64,000 nt of DNA from an uncultured Methanosarcinales archaeon (GCA_963843555.1 CAWJKV010000016.1:1-64000), one strand, 5' to 3'. Numbered from the stretch's first letter, positions 47,101 to 54,906 are shown. The notes: generated by a model not told the origin, from the sequence alone. Numbers and translations: made by a program.

Positions 47101-47218
47101 GATAGATTGGGAAAATTATGCTCCAGATCTTTCTCCTCCCTACAAGATTTGGCTGGGAGACCGAGGCATCTTTGAAATAACACATGATCATTTCGAAGCA
47201 TGGGCGTCTCTAAAATAA
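44120..47218 (+). CDS. HD-domain plus Hsp90-like (GHKL) ATPase fusion, AT-rich
   Basis: TLHDETH, FFHDQGM, CESH, LRLADILD; VRELLQNSLDA, DNGAGM, GRSYY, SQFGIGFMSCF. Confidence 0.85.
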   Translation: MLIDMSRVMNSLKDLKDTTLWKKLDTASKENEDAEFLATNLPKICEGASERMKEMPSLHGQYTLHDETHLLRVTELMANIIPEKVLDKLNPIEIALLILSAFFHDQGMVLSKEELVSMNSESKFKIFRDNWCINHPNIREIQIILQDKSMSQPEKDRIRHMERELFDGLLTDYIRQSHARRSRDFVVSTCHDDSLWKIAGTSLTSYVGKLCESHSLSATDLIPEKGFNYDESIGQYNINLSYLALVLRLADILDFDRDRTPDSLYKTINFTNDVSLTEWEKHRSVEGWNIDQKSIRFSLLCERPEYQKAALDFMDLIDNELKAAINLTKSYPKNFEIYYFDLPTSVDRKRIVAKDDAYIYHDLEFSLSRNEIVKLLLTDKLYNSPAICVRELLQNSLDALRYRRSLKKFDGSEWADGKVILEHFVDEYGHEVLRCTDNGAGMDEDIIERFLTRVGRSYYRSPEFEQERIIFSQKGADFDPCSQFGIGFMSCFMIGDRIIIKTRRDYGPEKGWGEPLQVEINGLGGMVVIRKGSPNQSPGTIVEITGRKKPRLFDEYVDKINLIDVVDAYALACEFPIEAHCLIDEIGNDISIPCTIVIPKTEIEIAGIKNQLSFEQEFFEIDSNLRGYVRASFLLNNLGKIDLANSEAHWDIGNFGPCLVLSNGLKIKESSRKGAICLDGIYVCGNPEYRSERHFMNFTIWSNNYIPLEGDYYLLDVRGILKPPLTTSRDPPRDPPEGSRWDRLACMANLARARLWEKVAQTIGDRLDIDTFWKLALIHRAPIPWLPANTVWSKLSVPIVKNNEFIEWREVSSLGNLYVRKDTSSEKAICRGLYQIFTENGLEIKASKDLAKWEHKVRIRYGCLNEQLFNLIISFSIVKILQGDACIYLSEPLLNESLIVYRINSVFLLQYAGELAEVFTVQLPFKNANRNHALVRTAFDANYVEHLSDIQTFARSLVRFLGDTDNLKALMDPDAYSHPGINRWMRHLGYQYNSIDWENYAPDLSPPYKIWLGDRGIFEITHDHFEAWASLK

Positions 47219-47445
47219 TATCAAATTTTATTTGGCATATCTTACCTTCTACTCCCAGAATGTGCGAATATTTGTGGCGCGGGCAGTCGTCCCGACTCCA
47301 GATGAGCATGATACGCCACGACTGCGTCCTCCTGCGGCCTCGGCCCAAAGGCAGCCATCCCTGCCAAGCGCCATCGGTGATATGCTCCCCGCGCGTATGC
47401 CCGTCCATACATGCACGCGGCCCGCCTGATTGCCCATCGACATGA

Positions 47446-47557
47446 GCCCGGACGACCCGGACCACAGGCGTCAGCAACGAGCGCAGCCCGGGGCAACGGC
47501 CGCAACCACTGTCGATGGCTGCCTGGGAGACTAACCATGCTCGCTGGATCGCAAAAC
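47446..47557 (+). repeat. Cassette-spacer repeat family B, copy 1
   Basis: GCCCGGAC..CCCGGACCACAGGCG..ACGAGCGCAGCCCGGGGCAACGGCCGCAACC..GTCGATGGCTGCC..GGATCGCAAAA. Confidence 0.85.
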
Positions 47558-47624
47558 TGGAGAATGCTTATGAATTGTCTCCAAAAAAATCTCAGCACAT
47601 CTGGATCACAAGATTTCATTTTGC

Positions 47625-47972
47625 CTATTTTGCAACCTGAGATCGGACAAATTCCATGAATTGACGCAAGCTTATGCCGGGATTATCATCCATATAGCTC
47701 TCCTCAACTGCATCCTGAGAACCGTTATGAAAGTGCTTGGGATAAGTCGATACACTCTGCCAGTTTGAATCTGGAAAATTGTCGTGACGTTACATGGAGC
47801 CATCGATGTGTCTTCTCTCCCAATGATAGGAAAACCGACCTGAGATTTTTAAGGAGAATCATATATCGATAAATGAGCCATCATCCACAAATGCTCTGAG
47901 CTTGCCGCGAGAAATGATGGAATCAGTCGAAATATCTGCATATTCTGTATCGATGATTCTCTTCAGCATCAT
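47625..47972 (-). pseudogene. DUF6516 (TumE-like) toxin, copy 1, interrupted
   Basis: KLRAF.DDGSFIDI*FS..FSYHWERR..HDNFP..TYPKHFH; TGA at 47859-47861 plus a frameshift. Confidence 0.7.
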
Positions 47973-47980
47973 TAGATCTG

Positions 47981-48265
47981 CTACTGTTGAGGAAGGTTCT
48001 TCATCGCGGCTAATAGCTCATCTCTTCTGGATTCCAGGTAGTCGAGCTCCTGAAAATCGTCCAGAGCATCCTCCCCCCTAACTTCTCCCTTTTTCAGCTT
48101 ATCATCCAGCTCAAATATGGATCTCACACCATGCTTTGTCCTGATCTCGAATACCTCTGCTTCAATGCATCTCAGTTCTTTCTCCAAGAAGGCCTTGATG
48201 CTAGCCCGAGCAAGAACGTCACGATCCATCTTCAGGGCACTTGCAACCTCATCGATAACTTCCAT
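47981..48265 (-). CDS. Antitoxin partner of DUF6516, copy 1
   Basis: MEVIDEVA..FLEKEL..KHGVRSIFELD..DFQELDYLE. Confidence 0.75.
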   Translation of the reverse strand: MEVIDEVASALKMDRDVLARASIKAFLEKELRCIEAEVFEIRTKHGVRSIFELDDKLKKGEVRGEDALDDFQELDYLESRRDELLAAMKNLPQQ

Positions 48266-48380
48266 GATCGAATACCATCCAATAAGACTGTCATTAAGAT
48301 ATTTCAATCCTACCGTTTCTAAAATATGCGTGTATAGAGAAGGATGCCAGATTCCTACTCTCTGAAAGAGATGAACAATT

Positions 48381-48495
48381 GGCCTCCAGCGCGCCCGAGC
48401 ACGAGCGCCTTCCAGGCAAGCCAGTCCGCCCAAATGACATCGCAGCAAGCCCGGACGTTCCCGGACCACAGGCGGCGGCCACGAGCGCAGCCGGG
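48381..48495 (+). repeat. Repeat family B, copy 2 (3'-truncated)
   Basis: AAGCCCGGACGTTCCCGGACCACAGGCGGCGGCCACGAGCGCAGCC. Confidence 0.85.
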
Positions 48496-48582
48496 CCGGA
48501 GGCAAGGCAAGTGGAGGTTCGGTGTTTCTGTAACAGAAAAGATTTATTGATAGGACGACAAATAGTCAAATGAAGGCTGTCC

Positions 48583-48867
48583 ATGAGTTACGAAAAAATC
48601 ACTTACCGCCTTCATGCGGTTCAGAGGATGTTCGAGCGCAAGATCAGTGCAGAAGAGGTTCGGTACGTGCTGGAGACGGGAGAGGCGATTGAAGAATATC
48701 CTGACGATACTCCATACCCAAGTTGCCTGATCCTTGGAAGCTACAAAGGTCGCCTCATCCATGTAGTAGCGGCAAATAATTTAATCGACGAGGAGAAGAT
48801 CGTAATCACAGTCTACGAGCCAGATCCTTCTGAATGGGACCCGGATTGTAGGGAGAGGATTTCATGA
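48583..48867 (+). CDS. DUF4258 family toxin
   Basis: HAVQRMFERKI..GEAIEEYPDD.PYPSCLILG..IHVV..ITVYEPD..W. Confidence 0.88.
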   Translation: MSYEKITYRLHAVQRMFERKISAEEVRYVLETGEAIEEYPDDTPYPSCLILGSYKGRLIHVVAANNLIDEEKIVITVYEPDPSEWDPDCRERIS

Positions 48868-49091
48868 AATGCGTTATTTGCAGAAAAGCATCTACGAAGC
48901 CCGGCACAACAACAGTTACTTTTGAGCGTGGTTGCCTGACAATGGTGGTGAAATGCGTGCCCGCTCAAGTTTGCCCCAATTGTGGCGAAGCATACATAAG
49001 CGAGTTGGTTACGGCCGAGTTGCTCGATGATGCAGAAGAGCGAGCCAAGACTGGTGCCCAAGTGGAAATTCGACAATATGTGGCGGCCTGA
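48864..49091 (+). CDS. YgiT-type zinc-finger (MqsA-like) antitoxin
   Basis: MKCVIC..VPAQVCPNCGE; ATGA overlap with the toxin gene. Confidence 0.88.
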   Translation: MKCVICRKASTKPGTTTVTFERGCLTMVVKCVPAQVCPNCGEAYISELVTAELLDDAEERAKTGAQVEIRQYVAA

Positions 49092-49139
49092 TTTACTTTT
49101 ATCGGACGGGCTGCCTGACGGCCCAATTGGTAACCGCCC

Positions 49140-49299
49140 ACCTCATGGCAAGCTCCTGCGCGTGTATGTGCCAACCTTACGTGCATGGGTCCGCGCGCAG
49201 ACCGACTTCACAGAAGCCCGGACAGCCCGGCCTCAGGCGACAGGCCACGAGTGCAGCCGCACCACCAACGGTCGATGGGCTGCCTGGCGCTGCTGCCAG
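49140..49299 (+). repeat. Repeat family B, copy 3
   Basis: AAGCCCGGAC..GGCCACGAGTGCAGCCGCACCACCAACGGTCGATGGGCTGCCTGGCGCTGCTGCCAG. Confidence 0.85.
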
Positions 49300-49342
49300 T
49301 AATCGACAAGTATTGCTCAGTCGGAGATTCTTCTGAATGATT

Positions 49343-49786
49343 TTATTCCCGCCCATCAGTCCTTGAGGCGTTTTCCAACCATTTTTCAGGGCTTATCGCT
49401 AGCACTGATTTCGGACAGCGCTCTAACATCTCTTCATCCCACGAAATCAAAACGGCATCAAAATCCAGAGCAACAGCTGCATAAACAGCATCTGCACCAC
49501 GAAGGCGATTTTCAATAGCAATCTCTGCCGCACGAAGAGCGAGAGTCAGATCCAGAGGAACCTGTGTCATTCCAGGAAAATGCTTTATGAGATTGACCAG
49601 CCTCCCGGATAAAAGCGAGTCTCCGGTCGGCCTGGCAATAGCGGCCCCACACTCGGCAAGCACAAGAGTAGGGCAGAATATTTTTGCTCCTTTTACGCTA
49701 TGCAGGAAACGGTAGCTCCGAGGATATTGTTTTTCAGAAGGTCGGGCTGCAGATACAAAGACGCTGGCATCAATTGTCAGGTTCAT
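49343..49786 (-). CDS. VapC/PIN toxin
   Basis: TIDASVF, VLAE, LRGADAVYAA, LISWD. Confidence 0.9.
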   Translation of the reverse strand: MNLTIDASVFVSAARPSEKQYPRSYRFLHSVKGAKIFCPTLVLAECGAAIARPTGDSLLSGRLVNLIKHFPGMTQVPLDLTLALRAAEIAIENRLRGADAVYAAVALDFDAVLISWDEEMLERCPKSVLAISPEKWLENASRTDGRE

Positions 49787-50040
49787 CTCCTCATCTCGGC
49801 AAGAATCTCCAAAGCGCTCTTCTTGCTCTTCCATGCCGAATCGATTTCATGGGCCAAAGCCAGCCACTCTGCATCCCAGTCAATTTCCTTTACCACATCC
49901 TCAGAGGATCTTAGTGGAACCAGTACAGCCATGGGTCTGCCCTCTGGGCCGATCAGAGTAGCTGTCTCACCTGGAGATAGTTTCGCTAGAATATCTTCAA
50001 GATTCTTTTTGGCCGAGTCTACAGAAACCTCTACCGACAT
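49783..50040 (-). CDS. Phd/YefM-like antitoxin
   Basis: AKKNLEDIL..GE...L....GRPMAVLVP; ATGA overlap with the toxin gene. Confidence 0.8.
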   Translation of the reverse strand: MSVEVSVDSAKKNLEDILAKLSPGETATLIGPEGRPMAVLVPLRSSEDVVKEIDWDAEWLALAHEIDSAWKSKKSALEILAEMRR

Positions 50041-50190
50041 GATTGACTCCTTCGTAATAATAATTTCATTTTCTTTGATTTATGTACAGCATGCTATTAA
50101 AAGTTAACCAAAAGCAAATCATCGTAGTCTGAGATCAATTGCATCGAAAGTCGCCAGGCCAAAACGGACTCCCCCTGCTCTAGCACCTGT

Positions 50191-50324
50191 CAGGCAATCC
50201 AGCCCGCCGTGACGACTGTGCCGCTGGCCCGGCCCATAGGCGGTGGCCACGAGCGCAGCCGCACCACCAACGGTCGATGGGCTGCCCGACGCTGCTGCCA
50301 GCGGCCCGCAAGGATCGCAAAAGC
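50191..50324 (+). repeat. Repeat family B, copy 4
   Basis: GGCGGTGGCCACGAGCGCAGCCGCACCACCAACGGTCGATGGGCTGCCC..GCTGCTGCCAGCGGCCCGCAAGGATCGCAAAA. Confidence 0.85.
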
Positions 50325-50514
50325 TGTAGCTTGCAACAGATCGCTCTGCTAAAAAGTCTCTGTGAGTCCTCTGTGCGCTCTGTGTCTTTGTGGTGAAATT
50401 GTTAGTTGTTAAGTCATAATTATCGGCTAATATTAATAACAAACCAAATGCATTGCTTTACCAATCCTGCACCAGGATAACTGCTTTTTCAGTAGCAAGC
50501 ACCACCTGGCCTCA

Positions 50515-50580
50515 GGCCCGACCGGCCTCCTGCCCGCCCGGACAGCAGCACAGCAAGCCAGGACGCCCCGGCCAACGGTT
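50515..50580 (+). repeat. Repeat family B, copy 5 (partial)
   Basis: CCCGACCGGCCT..GCCCGCCCGGA..CAGCAAGCCAGGACGCCCCGGCCAACGGT. Confidence 0.55.
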
Positions 50581-50632
50581 GGGGACAGAAAACCAGGACA
50601 CTCTTGCGGGAACTGTCGACAGGCATTATTGT

Positions 50633-51139
50633 TCAATCCTCATTCTCGCTCGAAGTATGCAATGCCTTTTTGTATATTTCTTCGCCTATCCAGAAACCAG
50701 CGTCATTTCTCAACCTGTCGAGCTCCTCTTTGAGCGATGCTATTCTTCCCTCTCGCTTGGCCCTAATCAAGATACCTATCACGCCGGATATGTTCAATCC
50801 ATACACTCCAGCCGTCTTTCTCGCCTCGCTTTCGTCCAAAAATACAACATCCGGATTCAGCTCGACTGCCAGAGCTATAGTCTCAGATTCGCCTTCATGT
50901 AGATCCCTTTGTAGAAAACAGATAAGAGGGCGATTTGCAGGTGCAACGACATCTATCCTTCCCAATTGTCGTCCCTCTTCTACCTCAGAGGAGCCGGGCC
51001 ATTTCCGGCCTTCCTGAACTACCTCTCTCCAAACAGCCGGTGCTATGAGAATCTTTTTATGAAACTCGAAGAGAAGATACAAGCGTCCAATCTTTGCCAG
51101 ATGTATTAGCGTTGAAGAATCACTGATTGCACCCGGCAT
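50633..51139 (-). CDS. DUF3368 PIN-family toxin
   Basis: ISDSSTLIHLAKIG, VWRE, LHEGESETIALA, FLDE..AR, G.IGILIRAK. Confidence 0.9.
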   Translation of the reverse strand: MPGAISDSSTLIHLAKIGRLYLLFEFHKKILIAPAVWREVVQEGRKWPGSSEVEEGRQLGRIDVVAPANRPLICFLQRDLHEGESETIALAVELNPDVVFLDESEARKTAGVYGLNISGVIGILIRAKREGRIASLKEELDRLRNDAGFWIGEEIYKKALHTSSENED

Positions 51140-51389
51140 ATTTTAAATCCTCTTCTAGCTCAGCTTCTCCATAGTGACGGTTAACCTTACGCTGGCCAAG
51201 AAGATCTTCGAACTGCAGACGCGTAAGGCCACTTAGGGCAGAGGCTTTTCCAGAGGATAGCATTCCTCGCTGGTAAAGCGCCAGAGCTAATTCTTTATAG
51301 AGTTCTGCTTCCACATCATCAGGTGGGACCCTAAGAGCATTTATTATCTCTTCAGGGATCTTTAAGGTTCGAGCGCTCATTTGATTCAT
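51120..51389 (-). CDS. UPF0175 family antitoxin
   Basis: ELALALYQRGMLSSGKASALSGL. Confidence 0.9.
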   Translation of the reverse strand: MNQMSARTLKIPEEIINALRVPPDDVEAELYKELALALYQRGMLSSGKASALSGLTRLQFEDLLGQRKVNRHYGEAELEEDLKYAGCNQ

Positions 51390-51486
51390 GCTCCATTTCC
51401 ATAATAATAGCAGAGATTATTAATTAAGCTTTGGCAGCAGAAGAGAATTCCGAGTTTTTAGAAGCTCTTGTGATATCTTATGAGCA

Positions 51487-51671
51487 ACCCGACCGGCCTT
51501 CTGCTCTCTCACGAGCGCTCATCAGGCAATCCAGCCGCCCAGACGACAACGCCGCAAGCCCAGACACTCGGACCACATGCGGCGGCCACGAGCACAGCCC
51601 GGGGCAACGGCCGCAACCAACGGTCGATGGCTGCCTGGCGAGACTAACCCATGCTCGCTGGATCGCAAAAC
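51487..51671 (+). repeat. Repeat family B, copy 6
   Basis: GCGGCGGCCACGAGCACAGCCCGGGGCAACGGCCGCAACCAACGGTCGATGGCTGCC..GGATCGCAAAA. Confidence 0.85.
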
Positions 51672-51738
51672 TGGAGAATGCTTATGAATTGTCTCCAAAA
51701 AAATCTCAGCGCATCTGGATCAACATGATTTCATTTGC

Positions 51739-52087
51739 CTATTTGGCAAGCTGAGATCGGACAAATTCCATGAAATGAACGTAAGCTTATGTCCGGATTA
51801 TCATCCATATAGCTCTCCTCAACTGCATCCTGAGAACCGCTATGGAAGTGCTTGGGATAAGTCGATACACTCTGCCAGTTTGAATCTGGAAAATTGTCGT
51901 GACGGTACATGGAGCCATCGATGTGTCTTCTCTCTCAATGATAGGAAAACCGACCTGAGATTTTTAAGGAGAACCATATATCGATAAATGAGCCATCATC
52001 CACAAATGCTCTGAGCTTGCCGCGAGAAATGATGGAATCAGTCGAAATATCTGCATATTCTGTATCGATGATTCTCTTCAGCATCAT
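51739..52087 (-). pseudogene. DUF6516 (TumE-like) toxin, copy 2, interrupted
   Basis: FIDIWFS..FSYH*ERRHIDGSMYRHDNFP..TYPKHFH; TGA at 51935-51937. Confidence 0.7.
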
Positions 52088-52098
52088 TAGATCTGCTA

Positions 52099-52380
52099 CT
52101 ATTGAGGAAGGTTCTTCATCGCAGCTAATAGCTCATCTCTCCTTGATTCCAGGTAGTCGAGCTCCTGAAAATCGTCCAGAACATCCTCCTCCCTAACTTC
52201 TCCCTTTTTCAGCTTATCATCCAGCTCAAATATGGATCTCACACCATGCTTTGTCCTGATCTCGAATATCTCTGCTTCAATGCATCTCAGTTCTTTCTCC
52301 AAGAAGGCCTTGATGCTAGCCCGAGCAAGAACGTCACGATCCATCTTCAGGGCACTTGCAACCTCATCGATAACTTCCAT
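52099..52380 (-). CDS. Antitoxin partner of DUF6516, copy 2
   Basis: Near-identical to 47981..48265. Confidence 0.75.
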   Translation of the reverse strand: MEVIDEVASALKMDRDVLARASIKAFLEKELRCIEAEIFEIRTKHGVRSIFELDDKLKKGEVREEDVLDDFQELDYLESRRDELLAAMKNLPQ

Positions 52381-52495
52381 GATCGAATACCATCCAATAA
52401 GACTGTCATTAAGATATTTCAATCCTACCGTTTCTAAAATATGCGTGTATAGAGACGGATGCCAGATTCCTACCCTCTGAAAGAGATGGACATTT

Positions 52496-52678
52496 GGCCT
52501 CCAGCGTGCCCGAGTACGAGCGCCTGCCAGGCAAGCCAGTCCGCCCAAATGACATCGCAGGAAGCCCGGACGGCCCTGCCCGAGGCGGCGGCCACGAGCG
52601 CAGCCCGGGCAACGGCCCAACCAAGGCCAGCGGCTGCCCCGGCGCTGCTGCGCCAGCGGGCCGCAAGGATCGCAAAAC
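52496..52678 (+). repeat. Repeat family B, copy 7
   Basis: AAGCCCGGAC..GGCGGCGGCCACGAGCGCAGCCCGGGCAACGGCC..GGCTGCCCCGGCGCTGCTG..CCGCAAGGATCGCAAAA. Confidence 0.85.
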
Positions 52679-52715
52679 ATTTGATTTGGCAAAATCGAAA
52701 TATATCATCCAACTT

Positions 52716-52931
52716 TTACACGCTTACCTCTACAGAAGCCGCCGTGGTAGTTGGTTCAGGTATGCTTAGAGACGCTTCCTTTAGCCCTTCCAGGTGGAAC
52801 TCTATTGCCTCTTTCATCAACTCTAGCGTCTCCTTTCTAGTTGGACCGGTTGCTATGACACCTGGCAAATCCGGACAATAGGCGGCGTAATTATTTTCAG
52901 CTTTTTCAATAATGATCAGATACTCAGTCAT
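52716..52931 (-). CDS. hicB: HicB family antitoxin
   Basis: YAAYCPDLPGVIATG.T..E....MKEAIEFHLE. Confidence 0.9.
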   Translation of the reverse strand: MTEYLIIIEKAENNYAAYCPDLPGVIATGPTRKETLELMKEAIEFHLEGLKEASLSIPEPTTTAASVEVSV

Positions 52932-53142
52932 CTTTTCCGACCTCCTTGATACCGCTTTGTCTTAAAATGCTATTCAAGGTACCCTTTGGTACTTCATCAT
53001 CCAAATTCCCTGAGATGGTCACCAATCCACTCTTGAAATGATGCTTGTACTGTCTGTGACTGCCTCTGGTTCTATCAAGGAACCATCCATCCTCTTCTAC
53101 TAGCTTGATGACGGCTCGGACTTTCAAATTGTTAGCCCTCAT
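52924..53142 (-). CDS. hicA: HicA family toxin
   Basis: DGW...RTRGSHRQYKH..GLVTI...KGTLNSILRQSG. Confidence 0.92.
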   Translation of the reverse strand: MRANNLKVRAVIKLVEEDGWFLDRTRGSHRQYKHHFKSGLVTISGNLDDEVPKGTLNSILRQSGIKEVGKDD

Positions 53143-53249
53143 TGAGATATTTAACCAATCATAATAGCCTCTCTAGACATATAATTGATTTGCCGCGTGG
53201 CAAATCCTGGCGCCCTCGATCTATTGGCAGCCCACGTCCGCGCCGCGTT

Positions 53250-53446
53250 ACCTTCGATGGCATGCTCCCGCGCATGGGTACCCGCTCGTGCGCACACGCG
53301 AGCCCGCCCGGATGGCAGCGCAGCAAGCCCGGCTGGCCAGGCCCGCTGGACTGCGGCGGCCACGAGCGCAGCCCGGGGCAACGGCCGCAATCGCAGTCGA
53401 TGGGCTGCCCGGTGCTGCTGCCAGGAGCCCGCAAGGATCGCAAAGC
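53250..53446 (+). repeat. Repeat family B, copy 8
   Basis: GCGGCGGCCACGAGCGCAGCCCGGGGCAACGGCCGCAA..GTCGATGGGCTGCCCGGTGCTGCTGCCAG..CCCGCAAGGATCGCAAA. Confidence 0.85.
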
Positions 53447-53673
53447 CGGAGGCCCCTTGATTGCTCCAAGGAGTCTCAAGTCTCTGCCTCTGTGTTCGGC
53501 CTGTGTTAATTGATATAATTATCTGACAATAATACTAAATCATAATCTCTTTCCAAAATCCGGTCTGCTGAATTGCCTCCCACCAGAGGCTTTCGTCACC
53601 TGGCCCCAGTCCCGACCGAGGAATTGCGAGCTAAAAGCTATATCCCATCACTGACAATAACTTCAAAGCGGCA

Positions 53674-53904
53674 ATGGATAAAGCGGTCTATGAGATCATT
53701 GACGATCCAGAGCCCTTTTATGGCGAGATACCGGAGCTTCAGGGTGTCTGGGCTTCAGGAAAGACATTGGAGGCCTGCCGTGACACCCTCATGAGCGCCC
53801 AGGAAGACTGGATTGCCTTCCGCCTTAGAACGGGACGGTCCATTCCGCCGATAGGTGGAGCTTCAATCGCAGTTTCATTGGAGCCGGTGAGCGTTGTTGA
53901 ATAA
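53674..53904 (+). CDS. HicB family antitoxin (N-terminus eroded; partner hicA truncated after about 7 codons)
   Basis: FYGEIPELQGVWASGKTLEACR..EDWI; overlapping TTG AAT AAG CTC ACT CCT GTC. Confidence 0.75.
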   Translation: MDKAVYEIIDDPEPFYGEIPELQGVWASGKTLEACRDTLMSAQEDWIAFRLRTGRSIPPIGGASIAVSLEPVSVVE

Positions 53905-53919
53905 GCTCACTCCTGTCTT

Positions 53920-54370
53920 AGTAAAAACCTTTTGATTTTTCTCTACCTCAATAGTACGAGCAGCATAGCTGTTCTCTTTAAAAAAACCAGAGAATAAACT
54001 GTTGCCCGGAACACTCCAGTATCTTCGGCAAGTACTATAGACGGTGATACTTGATTCAATCCGTGCTGGCTAAGATCGTGGCCGACGACCGGAAATCCTG
54101 CCGCCGACACCGCATTGCCCAGAAAGACTATGGCTCGTTGCTCGGCATATTTTCCTTTAGCTTCATCCGCCCCTCAGGCAGCTCTGGATCAGTCCTCCGG
54201 AAATAGCTCACTGCTGCCAGCACAGCAATGATGAGAACCACCCAGTTGAGCCATCCCTGCCAGTAATGAAGTGTACCCGCCCAGAGCATAGACAATAACA
54301 GGAATTATAAGGGCCGCCTGGCCGAACCTGATTATCACAAGCTTCCTCAGCGCATTCAGCCTCTGCTGCT
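53920..54370 (-). pseudogene. Remnant of an isoprenylcysteine carboxylmethyltransferase-family membrane protein
   Basis: Broken frames give AGTLHYWQGW, YFRRTDPEL..RMKLKE and FKENSYAARTIEVEK. Confidence 0.55.
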
Positions 54371-54906
54371 TAAAATTGCATCATCTCCTATTGCATCATC
54401 ATGCTCTGTTCGAATTTTTCCATTGTCAAATCCCTTAGAATATTTGCTGATCGTCAAGATATTAAAAAAACGTGCACATTTCCAGGGGAAAACCTACAAA
54501 TCATAAGGTAGCGACCTTCATATTAAGAATTCTAATTGTCGATATTGATTTTATTGAATTTGCGGTCATGGCTATGATGGATGGGCCAGTTGATGTTTTC
54601 CGGGTGTCGCTCTGGAGGAAGATCCTGCAAAACATCTAGAAATGATTTGCGCAGAAATATGCAAATCTATCCAGAACCGAGCCGCCTTTCCTGGGGAATG
54701 GGCAGGAACCCTCATGGCAGAGGAACTATTGTATTTGCAAAAAGGCTCCGCAATATGCATATTACATATCTAGTAGAAAATTATCCAAAAAAGAATATTT
54801 CTATATATCTAGATTTTTCAGGCATTAACCACCAGAACGTATAAATATTATCGAGTGTCAATTTAGTCTAACCTGAAAGGGTTAAAGGGGTGAAATTATT
54901 AGACAA

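Noticed and set aside
47859..51937. TGA recoding (Trp or Sec) in the DUF6516 genes
   Set aside because: TGA is used as a normal stop throughout the window, and each copy has TGG where the other has TGA
47250..53450. CRISPR array
   Set aside because: Repeats are over 100 bp and divergent, and the intervals are 0.3-1 kb containing genes; no cas genes
47250..53450. Canonical integron with attC sites
   Set aside because: No intI in the window and no RYYYAAC/GTTRRRY boundaries found by eye; kept only as an analogy
47061..53513. Pro/Arg/Ala-rich ORFs overlapping the GC-rich repeats (e.g. 47242..47619, 53142..53513) and the long N-terminal extensions of 47981..48505 and 52099..52692
   Set aside because: Stop-poor by-products of high GC; reading frames are not conserved between repeat copies
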